Positions 25,035-33,030 of a stretch of 61,078 bases of DNA are shown here, in pieces. Every line of letters starts with the position of its first letter. Within the stretch, counting starts at the first letter, position 1. The notes beneath the pieces were generated by a model, which had not been told where the DNA came from, ran no database searches, and saw only the letters and a program-made list of their open reading frames with translations. The position numbers were made by a program, and so were the translations under genes. Source of the stretch: a virus. The stretch spans positions 1-61,078 of IMG/VR virus record IMGVR_UViG_3300027718_000001. One strand, written 5' to 3'.

Positions 25035-25190
25035 AACGGTAAGCGGAGCAAGGGCGGTTTTCCCTTGTGAGCATTAAGGAGTTGACACCCTTAACTATGC
25101 CCAAAACCTCTTGGCATTGAACAAACAACCGTTTGTTCCTGCCTACCGGCGAGGTAGCCCTTCCAAGATTGGAAGGGTTGGGTAGGTTGA
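25035..25190. other. GC-rich block of five consecutive stem-loops between convergent genes
   Basis: gggtgtcaac/gttgacaccc (10 bp), caaggg/cccttg, atgcc/ggcat, gaacaaac/gtttgttc (8 bp), cctacc...cccttcca/tggaaggg...ggtagg; no T run. Confidence 0.45.
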
Positions 25191-25592
25191 TCATTTGATC
25201 TTATGGGTTGTTAGGATCTTATTAAGTTCAACTAAATATTTAAAACGTTCGTTTTTATAGTCTTTAAATCTTTTTATATCCCATTGATCAGCATAAGGGT
25301 TAATAGTGAAGTTCATTTTTTCTTTATCCCAGAAGATCACATGTTTATCTACTAAGAATTCCAATTCATCTTTTACTTTGGTTGGAGATACCCCACAGTT
25401 TCTAAAGTCTTTAAGTGTAGGAATGTGGGTTGTAAGAGATTTAGTATGTACTGTAAAGGATAATAAGAAAAATAATATATTAGTTTGTCTTTTAGTAAAA
25501 TCACGGCTACAAAAGGTATCTAGCCATTTATTCATCGCTTGAAAATAGAATTGTAAAGCTTCATCATTTGATTGTGTTTGTTCTTGTAACAT
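25191..25592 (-). CDS. Replication-protein-O / replisome-organiser N-terminal-like winged-helix protein
   Basis: FTKRQTNILFFLLSFT...LKDFRNCGVSPTKVKDELEFLVDKHVI. Start set at MLQEQ, 8 nt after aagggag. Confidence 0.45.
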   Translation of the reverse strand: MLQEQTQSNDEALQFYFQAMNKWLDTFCSRDFTKRQTNILFFLLSFTVHTKSLTTHIPTLKDFRNCGVSPTKVKDELEFLVDKHVIFWDKEKMNFTINPYADQWDIKRFKDYKNERFKYLVELNKILTTHKIK

Positions 25593-25687
25593 GATCATTT
25601 CTCCCTTAAAGATGTATATTTGATATATCATTCTTGGATAAACCAGAAAAAAACTTCCCGTTTTGGGAAGTTTTAATGTTATGATTT

Positions 25688-25900
25688 TTAGTTACCGTAT
25701 TTATATTTTAAGTAACGAAAGTATTGAATCCCTGCATCATCTAAACATTTTTCAAGTTCCTTTAAATCGAAGTCTTGCCAGTTTAACTTTAGATCGTACT
25801 CTACAGCAATAGTATGTACAATTTCCATAAGCTTCATTTTCTTGTTAAATGGTTGTTCTGGGTTCTCATTGAATTTTAATTTAGTCGATGGCAATACCAT
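25688..25900 (-). CDS. 70-aa hypothetical protein (start moved to MVLPSTK)
   Basis: SD taaggggg immediately upstream of 25900. Confidence 0.45.
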   Translation of the reverse strand: MVLPSTKLKFNENPEQPFNKKMKLMEIVHTIAVEYDLKLNWQDFDLKELEKCLDDAGIQYFRYLKYKYGN

Positions 25901-26158
25901 TTCCCCCTTATGTATATGCAAATGCAGAAATATTCTAAAAATATAAAGAAAAAAATCAAAACATACTATCTTTACCACTAAATTGCAGATATAAACATAA
26001 TTTTGTCATATTTCCTGCTATAGTTACAAGGATTTTTACAACCAGTCAAAAGGGAGGGAGATTAGTAGGATGATATGGGGAAAATAAATAAATTGGATAA
26101 TCCTTCTTGAAATTTTACTTCACACCATGTAAAATAAAAGCACAAACAGAAAAAAAGC

Positions 26159-26277
26159 CTGTCGAAGTTGGACGCTTCAACAGACTTGTATTTGTTCCAG
26201 TCACTTTGGACGAGTGACCGAAAAACTCCCAATAGTTTAAATAAATAAATGAATTTCCAATTGGACACTGGAAATTC
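26159..26277. repeat. Three hairpins with a shared TTGGAC(G/A) loop, 270-390 bp upstream of rep
   Basis: ctgtcgaag-TTGGACG-cttcaacag (26159-83); gtcac-tTTGGACGa-gtgac (26200-18); gaatttcca-aTTGGACAc-tggaaattc (26251-77). Confidence 0.7.
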
Positions 26278-26547
26278 TACAGACAAAAGAAAAAATATCC
26301 ACCTCAAACTTGTTCAATACAGAATAAGAGAGAAAAGTATTTTTTTAACTTAAGTCAATTATACAATAGGTATAAGGCAAACACAACGCTTTTTGTTAAC
26401 ATATAGTAAAGTTTCATCAAAAAAATATATCTTTTTTTGATAATTTGTGGTATTTAGGGAGCTTTTTTGGTTATCTTTATTCGTCCGTAAGGAAAGAACA
26501 AATACTTTTTCTTGTTTTGAATTCAAAATAGGGAGAGGTATTTTTTT

Positions 26548-27891
26548 ATGAGTAAAAATACAAAACAAAAAGATAGCAAGAAAAATAGACGTATAAGCGC
26601 AGTAAAGGCCAGTAGTGAATCTTATTTCAAATTACATTGGTTTTTATTGTATGAAGATAAATATCGTAAGTTAACACCAAAAGCTAAATTGCTTTATGGA
26701 TTGTTAAGAAGTCGGTTTGATTTATCTAATACGAATGTACAGAACGGTACTTCTGATGCTGAAAAATTTATCGATGAAGAAAACAATATCTTTTGTATCT
26801 TTGATAACGTTGAAATTAGTTTTCTTATGGATATGTCAGTTCCAACTGTTATTGATGCTAAGAAAGAATTAGATGAAGCTGGATTGTTAGAAGAAGTTCA
26901 AATAAAAGATCAAGCAAACCGTCTTTATGTTCTAGATCCTGTGTTAGATTCTGATATGTGGACCTTCAAACAGCAGTTAGCAGATATTAAAGCTAAGAAA
27001 GCTGAAAAGGATAAGGAACGTGTTAGAAAACAAAAAGAAAAACGTAAACAAAAGGCTCTTGAAAAGAAACAGGAGAAAGCCAAAAAGAAAGCAATGGCTA
27101 ATGGAGTTGTTAACATTGGTAATGAAAATGCAGAGGAAAAAAGTTGTGATTCAAAAAATTTAAATCACACAAAAAAGGACGATTCTACAGATTTTTGTGA
27201 TTCAAATAATTTAATTCACGTGAGTAAAGATTTTTTAGACAATATTACTAGAGTATTTAATTTACTAGATTTAAAAGATCTTAGTAAGTATGTAAGTAGC
27301 GGTGAAACTCAAAGTGTATTGGAATTCTATAAAATATTCTTTAAGCTCAGTAAGTATGCAGAAATCAATTTAGTAAAGTTCATTGAAGAAAGATCTGCAA
27401 GTATTGTGTTAGAAGCGATTGTAAGAGCCATTGATAAGGATGATATTAATTCACCTATTGCTTTCATCAAGAAAACATTAAATAATTGGTCTAATTGTAA
27501 AACGGTTGAAGAAGTATTGAAGCATGAAGAAGAGTATCGTAAACAACAAAATCAGAAGTATGAGAAGAAGTCTTCTAAACAGCGCAAGGTTGTAAGAAAA
27601 GAAATGCTTCCTGAGTGGTTTAAAGAGAATAAGCACAAAGAAAATGCACCAAAAGAAGAAGTAGACGCAGATTTTGAAGAGGTAAAACGTAAGTTAGAGC
27701 AGGAATTAAAAGATTTAGACCAAGAATTAAAAGCAAAAAACAAAAAGCCTAAAGAAAAAGATCCAGTTTCAGAAGACCAGTTATTAAAAGTTGCGAAATT
27801 CAAGTTAAAACATCAACAAGAGAATTTAACAGAGCAAGAAAAAGATCTTCTTAAACAGCATGGGTTATATAAAGAGCCGGTTATTGCCTGA
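26548..27891 (+). CDS. rep: RepA_N-family plasmid replication initiator with a C-terminal DnaD/DnaB_2-like domain
   Basis: YFKLHWFLLYEDKYRKLTPKAKLLYGLLRSRFDLS...LYVLDP (RepA_N pattern); C-terminal IAFIKKTLNNW. Confidence 0.75.
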   Translation: MSKNTKQKDSKKNRRISAVKASSESYFKLHWFLLYEDKYRKLTPKAKLLYGLLRSRFDLSNTNVQNGTSDAEKFIDEENNIFCIFDNVEISFLMDMSVPTVIDAKKELDEAGLLEEVQIKDQANRLYVLDPVLDSDMWTFKQQLADIKAKKAEKDKERVRKQKEKRKQKALEKKQEKAKKKAMANGVVNIGNENAEEKSCDSKNLNHTKKDDSTDFCDSNNLIHVSKDFLDNITRVFNLLDLKDLSKYVSSGETQSVLEFYKIFFKLSKYAEINLVKFIEERSASIVLEAIVRAIDKDDINSPIAFIKKTLNNWSNCKTVEEVLKHEEEYRKQQNQKYEKKSSKQRKVVRKEMLPEWFKENKHKENAPKEEVDADFEEVKRKLEQELKDLDQELKAKNKKPKEKDPVSEDQLLKVAKFKLKHQQENLTEQEKDLLKQHGLYKEPVIA

Positions 27892-27942
27892 GAATGTTCA
27901 GATTCCCCTAGAATCGTTTTTTAGGGGAATTCATAGGGTTTA

Positions 27943-27957
27943 GTATATCAGACCAAA
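27943..27957 (-). promoter_or_regulatory. TTTAGTCTnATAyAC motif copy (variant TTTGGTCTGATATAC)
   Basis: gtatatcagaccaaa on the plus strand, just after the rep terminator hairpin. Confidence 0.45.
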
Positions 27958-28041
27958 TTAAAAGTAAATTAGATGGTTTTAAGCGGGTTTTATATATTTA
28001 CAGATTAATATTTAAAAGTATTCATATATGGGGGCATTAGA

Positions 28042-28458
28042 GTGAGAAAGGTAGAAGCTGTTATAGAACTAATCAAATTAGAAAATTCTTATAGAAAGGT
28101 AAGGCGAGCCCAGTTAGAAGAAGTCTATCCCATGTTCAAAGATCTTTATGAAACCTTATTAAACAAACATTTTGAAGTTAGTATGGCTGAAATAAATATT
28201 ACTCAAAATTTCATAAATGTGATGCTACATGATGAACATAGAGATATTCTTATACCTGAATTTCTAGAGCATGAACATACTAAACATTGTGATGTGGAAA
28301 TGACTATTGATGAAAAAATTGAGCTTTCAAAGGATTTATTTGAGGTTGAAATGAAATATAAAGATAAACAGAAATCATTGAATTCTAAAGGGATCTATAT
28401 TCATTTTCATCATCTAATGAGCTTACATCGCAAATTAATACAAGAATTAGGGGGGTAA
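28042..28458 (+). CDS. Hypothetical protein (GTG start)
   Basis: ORF with SD-like gggggc. Confidence 0.45.
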   Translation: MRKVEAVIELIKLENSYRKVRRAQLEEVYPMFKDLYETLLNKHFEVSMAEINITQNFINVMLHDEHRDILIPEFLEHEHTKHCDVEMTIDEKIELSKDLFEVEMKYKDKQKSLNSKGIYIHFHHLMSLHRKLIQELGG

Positions 28459-28494
28459 CTCCCTTCTTTCTATTCTGGAAGGTCAATAATACAA

Positions 28495-28523
28495 TTCACA
28501 AGCAGTAAAGAGTTTGCTATAAT
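28495..28523 (+). promoter_or_regulatory. parA promoter: operator-like TTCACAagcAGTAAA (28495-28509) plus extended -10 TGcTATAAT (28515-28523)
   Basis: Read directly. Confidence 0.55.
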
Positions 28524-28527
28524 TTAC

Positions 28528-28581
28528 ATGCATGTTCACATGCAGGAAAACATTCATATATAGATACATAATCACCTGCAT
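28528..28581. repeat. RTNNAN hexamer-periodic tract B (9 hexamers)
   Basis: atgcat gttcac atgcag gaaaac attcat atatag atacat aatcac ctgcat. Begins 5 nt after the -10 box. Confidence 0.7.
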
Positions 28582-28607
28582 GAATTGAAAGGTGGAGGTT
28601 AGACAAT

Positions 28608-29486
28608 ATGGCGAAAAAGGCGAAAGTTCTAGGCATTTTCAACAATAAAGGCGGAATTCTTAAGAGCTCGTTAACAAGTAATCTAGCGGCTTCATATGCT
28701 TTAAAAGGTCATAAGGTGTTAATTATTGATATGGATTCACAAGCTAATATGTCGCAGATCTTTGGATTGAATGCTGATATTTTTGATCCTAACATTTATG
28801 ACACATTGGTAAATGATGAACACCCTAAAAGAGCTATTATTAATGTGTATGATGAAATGCGTAAAAGACATGAAGATAACATAGATGTTCCTACGGTTTT
28901 AAAATCAGTTGATATGTTACCAAGTAATGATGATATGACGATGTTTGAAATCGATGTTTTAATGGACGAGGATTTTAAAGACACATATTTTAATTTATTG
29001 AGAAAAGTTATACGTCAAGTAGAATCAATCTATGACTATATTTTAATAGATAGTCCTCCTAATATGGGGATCTGTGCAGGAAATATTTTGACTGCTGCTG
29101 ATCGTGTTTTAATTCCATTTCATCCTGAAACGCTATCAAAACGTTCTTTGATGAAAACCATAAAAAGGGTGGGTAAATTTAAAAACAGTCTGAACCCAGA
29201 TTTAGAGATCTTAGGAATTGTAGGTACTAAAGTAAAAATGAATACTAAACAGCATAAGAAAAATCTCAAAGAAACGATTGAATATGCTAAAACTAAGGAT
29301 ATTCATTTTTTCAAAAACTATGTACCTGAAACGATTAAAGGGGCAGATGCAGTAGATGAAGAGTGTGTACCCGCAGTTCTCTCTTCAATCAAATTTAATA
29401 AAGAAATGAAGCGGTTAAAGGCTCATTACAATGATTTATTTGAAGAGATCTATGCGATGGAAGGAGAGATTGCTCATGTCAAATGA
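28608..29486 (+). CDS. parA: ParA/Soj-family partition ATPase
   Basis: Deviant Walker A FNNKGGILKSS; IIDMDSQAN; ILIDSPP. Confidence 0.85.
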   Translation: MAKKAKVLGIFNNKGGILKSSLTSNLAASYALKGHKVLIIDMDSQANMSQIFGLNADIFDPNIYDTLVNDEHPKRAIINVYDEMRKRHEDNIDVPTVLKSVDMLPSNDDMTMFEIDVLMDEDFKDTYFNLLRKVIRQVESIYDYILIDSPPNMGICAGNILTAADRVLIPFHPETLSKRSLMKTIKRVGKFKNSLNPDLEILGIVGTKVKMNTKQHKKNLKETIEYAKTKDIHFFKNYVPETIKGADAVDEECVPAVLSSIKFNKEMKRLKAHYNDLFEEIYAMEGEIAHVK

Positions 29487-29844
29487 TCCATATAGAGACG
29501 ATGAAACTAATCCTTATGATGAAACTAAGAAAAAGAAGAAAACAAAAGACACTGGTGTTAAAACACTTGATAGCTTAGTGGATAAAGAAGAAACGGAAGC
29601 GGCTAAAGATGAAGTTGCTGTGGCTACAGAAACAAAGAAAAAGCCAGCTAAAAAGAAAACGTCTCTAGACACGTATGGTCAGAAGAAACCACCTAAAGAA
29701 CCTGTGCACATTTTCTTTGATCCTGATGTTAAAAAGATTCTCATGCAGGAACAGAAAAAAAGGGGCCGAGGTTTTAAGAGTAATTATGTGAATGATCTTG
29801 TACGTAAAGAGTTTATAAAAGATGGCTTATTGCCAGAAGAATAA
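29476..29844 (+). CDS. Small Lys-rich centromere-binding partner (ParG/omega-like RHH C-terminus)
   Basis: Overlaps the parA end; SD ggaaggagag; C-terminal VHIFFDPDVKKILMQEQKKRGRGFKSNYVNDLVRKEF. Confidence 0.5.
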   Translation: MSNDPYRDDETNPYDETKKKKKTKDTGVKTLDSLVDKEETEAAKDEVAVATETKKKPAKKKTSLDTYGQKKPPKEPVHIFFDPDVKKILMQEQKKRGRGFKSNYVNDLVRKEFIKDGLLPEE

Positions 29845-29903
29845 GAGCATCCTCTGGGATGTTCTTTTTTTCTATGGTAAACTATCAATAAGAGGAGTTT
29901 TAC

Positions 29904-30419
29904 ATGAACTATCAAGAATTATTAGACACACAAAATTTATTAGATCAGCGGATCATAAATGATCATAATCTTCATGACAAGAATTTGTTAGATGGGAAGA
30001 TCCTTGCTTTAAGGGTTGAAGTTGGGGAGCTGGCAAACGAAACTAGATGTTTTAAGTTTTGGAGTGTAAAACCACCTTCAAGCCGTGAAGTGATCTTAGA
30101 AGAATATGTAGATGGAATTCATTTTCTTTTATCTATCGCTTTAGAGTTAAAGGACCGACTAACATTTCCTCATTCTGAAATTAAAGCTTTAATCGCAGGT
30201 GAGGATCTAACCGAACAATTCAATGAAGTGTTTTCGGGTATATCCAGGCTATCAAAATTAATTAATTGTTCCGCAGTTTCGGTTGAATCTGAATTTAGTG
30301 AGTTATGGAGCATCTATTTAGGCTTAGGAGAGCTTCTAGGATTCAGTGAAGAGGAAATAGAAGAGTATTATGTATATAAGAATCAAATTAATCATAAGCG
30401 GCAAGATGAGCGTTATTAG
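29904..30419 (+). CDS. dut: Dimeric (all-alpha, dUTPase_2) dUTPase
   Basis: LALRVEVGELANETRCFKFWS...LEEYVDGIHFLLSI. Confidence 0.7.
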   Translation: MNYQELLDTQNLLDQRIINDHNLHDKNLLDGKILALRVEVGELANETRCFKFWSVKPPSSREVILEEYVDGIHFLLSIALELKDRLTFPHSEIKALIAGEDLTEQFNEVFSGISRLSKLINCSAVSVESEFSELWSIYLGLGELLGFSEEEIEEYYVYKNQINHKRQDERY

Positions 30420-30456
30420 AAGCGGTGAAAAAATCGCCTTTTTTTATGCTTATATG

Positions 30457-30590
30457 TTTACAGGGTGAAAACTTTTAGTTATAATTAGGGTACATTATTC
30501 ACATAATGTAAATTAAATTAATCGAAAGGATGGTGAAACGGCTCCTCTTATCTATCGAATACCGATAGAATTTTCTTTCAGTATTTTTTT
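30457..30590 (+). ncRNA. Candidate small RNA of about 100 nt: TTTACA-17-TATAAT promoter, operator TTCACAtaaTGTAAA (30498-30512), terminator at 30551-30590
   Basis: Promoter spacing counted by hand. Terminator tctatcg/cgataga plus a T-rich tail. No SD-preceded ORF. Confidence 0.45.
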
Positions 30591-30992
30591 TGGAAAACAT
30601 CTATAAAAATCAACTATATTGATTGTGTTATGTTATGTATTATTGTTCCTTGAAAACTGAATATAAAAATTATATAGCTAATTCATTGCTTAACTTACAG
30701 AGTAAAATTAAATTATGTATGTACACAAGTTGAAACCAAGAAGTTCATATTAAAATTTTGAAGTAAGACCCATTTATTAAAACGTGAGGCACAAAAAATA
30801 ACTCTGGTTGAAGAATGCTAACTTCATCCTTGGTAGTAGTATTGATAATGCGGGATATGTGGAATACGCAAAAAAAGTGATGTTTTTTTGTGAGTGTTTA
30901 GAGATTATCTACAAACGAAGGCAACCTTTACGGTTGTCTTTTTTTATTGTCTTAAGATTATAAAACAATTACTTTTTTTACCAGAAAAAGCG

Positions 30993-31049
30993 TTGACCTA
31001 GCATTTCAGCATGGTATTATATTCATGCAAGAACTTTTCGTAGTGTAAA
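30993..31049 (+). promoter_or_regulatory. Promoter TTGACC-16-TGgTATTAT plus an operator-like site at 31035-31049
   Basis: Near-duplicate of the cassette at 31372-31430. Confidence 0.55.
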
Positions 31050-31057
31050 GTTTTTAA

Positions 31058-31129
31058 ATGAATATGAACATGAATCTTCATATGAACGTATACATGCAGG
31101 TTCATGTTCAGGTGAAGGAGAAGATGAAA
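31058..31129. repeat. RTNNAN hexamer-periodic tract C (12 hexamers)
   Basis: atgaat atgaac atgaat cttcat atgaac gtatac atgcag gttcat gttcag gtgaag gagaag atgaaa. Ends on the start codon of ORF 31129. Confidence 0.8.
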
Positions 31130-31383
31130 TGAAAACAGTTAAAATTGCTGATCGAAAGTGGTCTATTGTAGATCGTGGTGAGGTGATCGGGCAGGTGTTA
31201 AGGATCGGTAAAGATCGCCATGTTTATTATAATGGTGGGTATATCGGTATTACATCAAGTCTGAAAAAGTCTATTGAAAAAGTAAAAGGTGAAATGAATT
31301 TACAGGAACGTCTTTTAAAAGTGTTGGGTAGTAGATCTTCAAAAGAAATAGAAAAAAATATTAAAAAGTGCATGACCGCCTAA
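31129..31383 (+). CDS. Hypothetical 84-aa protein
   Basis: SD aaggag 8 nt upstream. Confidence 0.55.
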   Translation: MKTVKIADRKWSIVDRGEVIGQVLRIGKDRHVYYNGGYIGITSSLKKSIEKVKGEMNLQERLLKVLGSRSSKEIEKNIKKCMTA

Positions 31384-31430
31384 AAGGTGCATGGTACTAT
31401 AATTATGCAAGTAACTTTACATGGTGTGAA
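31372..31430 (+). promoter_or_regulatory. Promoter ATGACC-17-TGgTACTAT plus operator TTTACAtggTGTGAA (31416-31430)
   Basis: Read directly. Confidence 0.55.
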
Positions 31431-31454
31431 GTTAAAAAATAGGAGGAATTGAAA

Positions 31455-31805
31455 ATGACTAAAGAACAACGTATTGAAGAAATGGAAAGATTCTATTATG
31501 AAATCATTCAAAACACAACGAATGAAAAACGTGTAAAGGAGCTGTTTGAAGAAATGGAAGCAAACATTAAATTGATCAAAGAAGAGGTTGAAGAAGTGGT
31601 GTTAGATCCTAAAGCGAAAATGGAACAAACGAAACGTATTGCTGAAGAATATCGTGCTCTTTTAAGAAATGGACATGTTGATCGTGAAGAAGCTAAGAAA
31701 TTTATCATGCCTTATATCGATGCTTTTAATCAAAAAAGTAAAGAGATTGCTAGGAAGTGGAATCAACGTCCTAGAACAATCACTTTTGCTAAATTTATTC
31801 GATAA
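31455..31805 (+). CDS. Hypothetical coiled-coil protein
   Basis: ATG 8 nt after taggagg. Confidence 0.5.
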   Translation: MTKEQRIEEMERFYYEIIQNTTNEKRVKELFEEMEANIKLIKEEVEEVVLDPKAKMEQTKRIAEEYRALLRNGHVDREEAKKFIMPYIDAFNQKSKEIARKWNQRPRTITFAKFIR

Positions 31806-31817
31806 GGGGAGAAAAAA

Positions 31818-31973
31818 ATGAGAGTTATAGTTTCTGGAAAGATTCACATTGAAAGAAAAGATGGAAAAAGTTCTTTATGTGGTCAGTCACCTTGGACAGA
31901 ACCAGTGATGATCAAAAAAGGAAAGTTTGAAGAAGTAACTTGTAAAAGATGTATTAAGGCATATCAGAAATAA
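31818..31973 (+). CDS. 51-aa Cys-containing protein, below the track cutoff
   Basis: Hand translation: MRVIVSGKIHIERKDGKSSLCGQSPWTEPVMIKKGKFEEVTCKRCIKAYQK. Confidence 0.4.
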   Translation: MRVIVSGKIHIERKDGKSSLCGQSPWTEPVMIKKGKFEEVTCKRCIKAYQK

Positions 31974-31996
31974 GGCGTATTTGAATAAGGTTAATC

Positions 31997-32068
31997 ATTC
32001 ACATGGTTGTTCTTATTCAGATAAATATGAAGGTTCACCTGCATGTGAATGTGCAGGTGAATATAACT
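31997..32068. repeat. RTNNAN hexamer-periodic tract D (12 hexamers; 10-bp hairpin ttcacctgca/tgcaggtgaa)
   Basis: attcac atggtt gttctt attcag ataaat atgaag gttcac ctgcat gtgaat gtgcag gtgaat ataact. Confidence 0.75.
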
Positions 32069-32105
32069 AAGGCGAAATCTTATAGGAGAAGGGATAGAAG
32101 ACAAT

Positions 32106-32408
32106 ATGGCAATGAAAATGAGTGAGTTAGAAGCTAAGAAATTTGAAGGTTTTTCAGAAGTTAATTATGAAATTTTGAAAGAAACTTTAGAGTGTGATTG
32201 TGAACCTTATGTAGATATTTTTACTTTCAATCGATGGAAAGCACAGGGTTATATTGTGAGAAAAGGTCAAAAAGCTACTAAGATTACAACCATCGTAAAG
32301 AGAGAATATGAAGATAAAAAATCAGGTGAGAAAGAAACAAAAACTTACCCTAAAAAAGCTTCTGTATTTTGTAGATGTCAGGTAGAGAAGAAAGGGGCTG
32401 ATGAATAA
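32106..32408 (+). CDS. ArdC-N/DUF1738-like ssDNA-binding domain protein
   Basis: FTFNRWKAQGYIVRKGQKATKI resembles the TF.qW...G..VrKGeKa motif. Confidence 0.4.
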   Translation: MAMKMSELEAKKFEGFSEVNYEILKETLECDCEPYVDIFTFNRWKAQGYIVRKGQKATKITTIVKREYEDKKSGEKETKTYPKKASVFCRCQVEKKGADE

Positions 32409-32827
32409 TGGCCCTTTATATGTCTACTTATGATTTTGAACATATCTATGATGTGAAGGTTATTGAAGATCGTATAAGATATGCAGAAAGAGATATAGAC
32501 CGATGCAAAGAAGCAATTCAGAAACATGAGCAATATATTCAGAATATGAATGATCAAATTAAAAAAATCCAGAAGACAGCATTTAAGTATGTTGTCCTTC
32601 TGGATCGAAAAGAGAATTATTCTACTCATCGTATAGAATTTTTTGTGAGTTTAGCTAAAAAACCTATCATAGATTCAATTCAAAAGAATGGGAATAAGGT
32701 TTATGGTGAATTTAGTCATCAACGTAAGTTTGAAGGAAGACAGAGGAATTTAGCTTTAGCTTATGCTTCTAAATTAGGAAGAGAATTTAATGCTGAAATC
32801 CAGAAAACTGGATTTAAGAGAATATAA
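32408..32827 (+). CDS. Hypothetical protein
   Basis: TAATG-coupled; the terminator aagcatggtttcaaaccatgctt follows. Confidence 0.5.
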   Translation: MALYMSTYDFEHIYDVKVIEDRIRYAERDIDRCKEAIQKHEQYIQNMNDQIKKIQKTAFKYVVLLDRKENYSTHRIEFFVSLAKKPIIDSIQKNGNKVYGEFSHQRKFEGRQRNLALAYASKLGREFNAEIQKTGFKRI

Positions 32828-33030
32828 AAAGGGGGTAAGCATGGTTTCAAACCATGCTTTTATCCTGCAAATTCTCTATTTAGATTTATATTTCATCTAA
32901 AAATATAAAATAAGCTATTTAATCTAAAATTATCCATAAATAAGCATGAGCGTTTAATAATATATAAAAATTCAGAATGAGTATCTAAATATATAATCGT
33001 ATGGATTAGATGTTATGTTGAATAATGCAA

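Noticed and set aside
26291-26305. DnaA-box-like atatccacc
   Set aside because: It is a single 7/9 match, which is not enough to call a DnaA-dependent origin.
26062-26568. Minus-strand ORFs 26062-26307 and 26359-26568
   Set aside because: They have no SD and odd composition, and they cover the hairpin cluster and AT-rich rep promoter region. This is more plausibly origin or control DNA.
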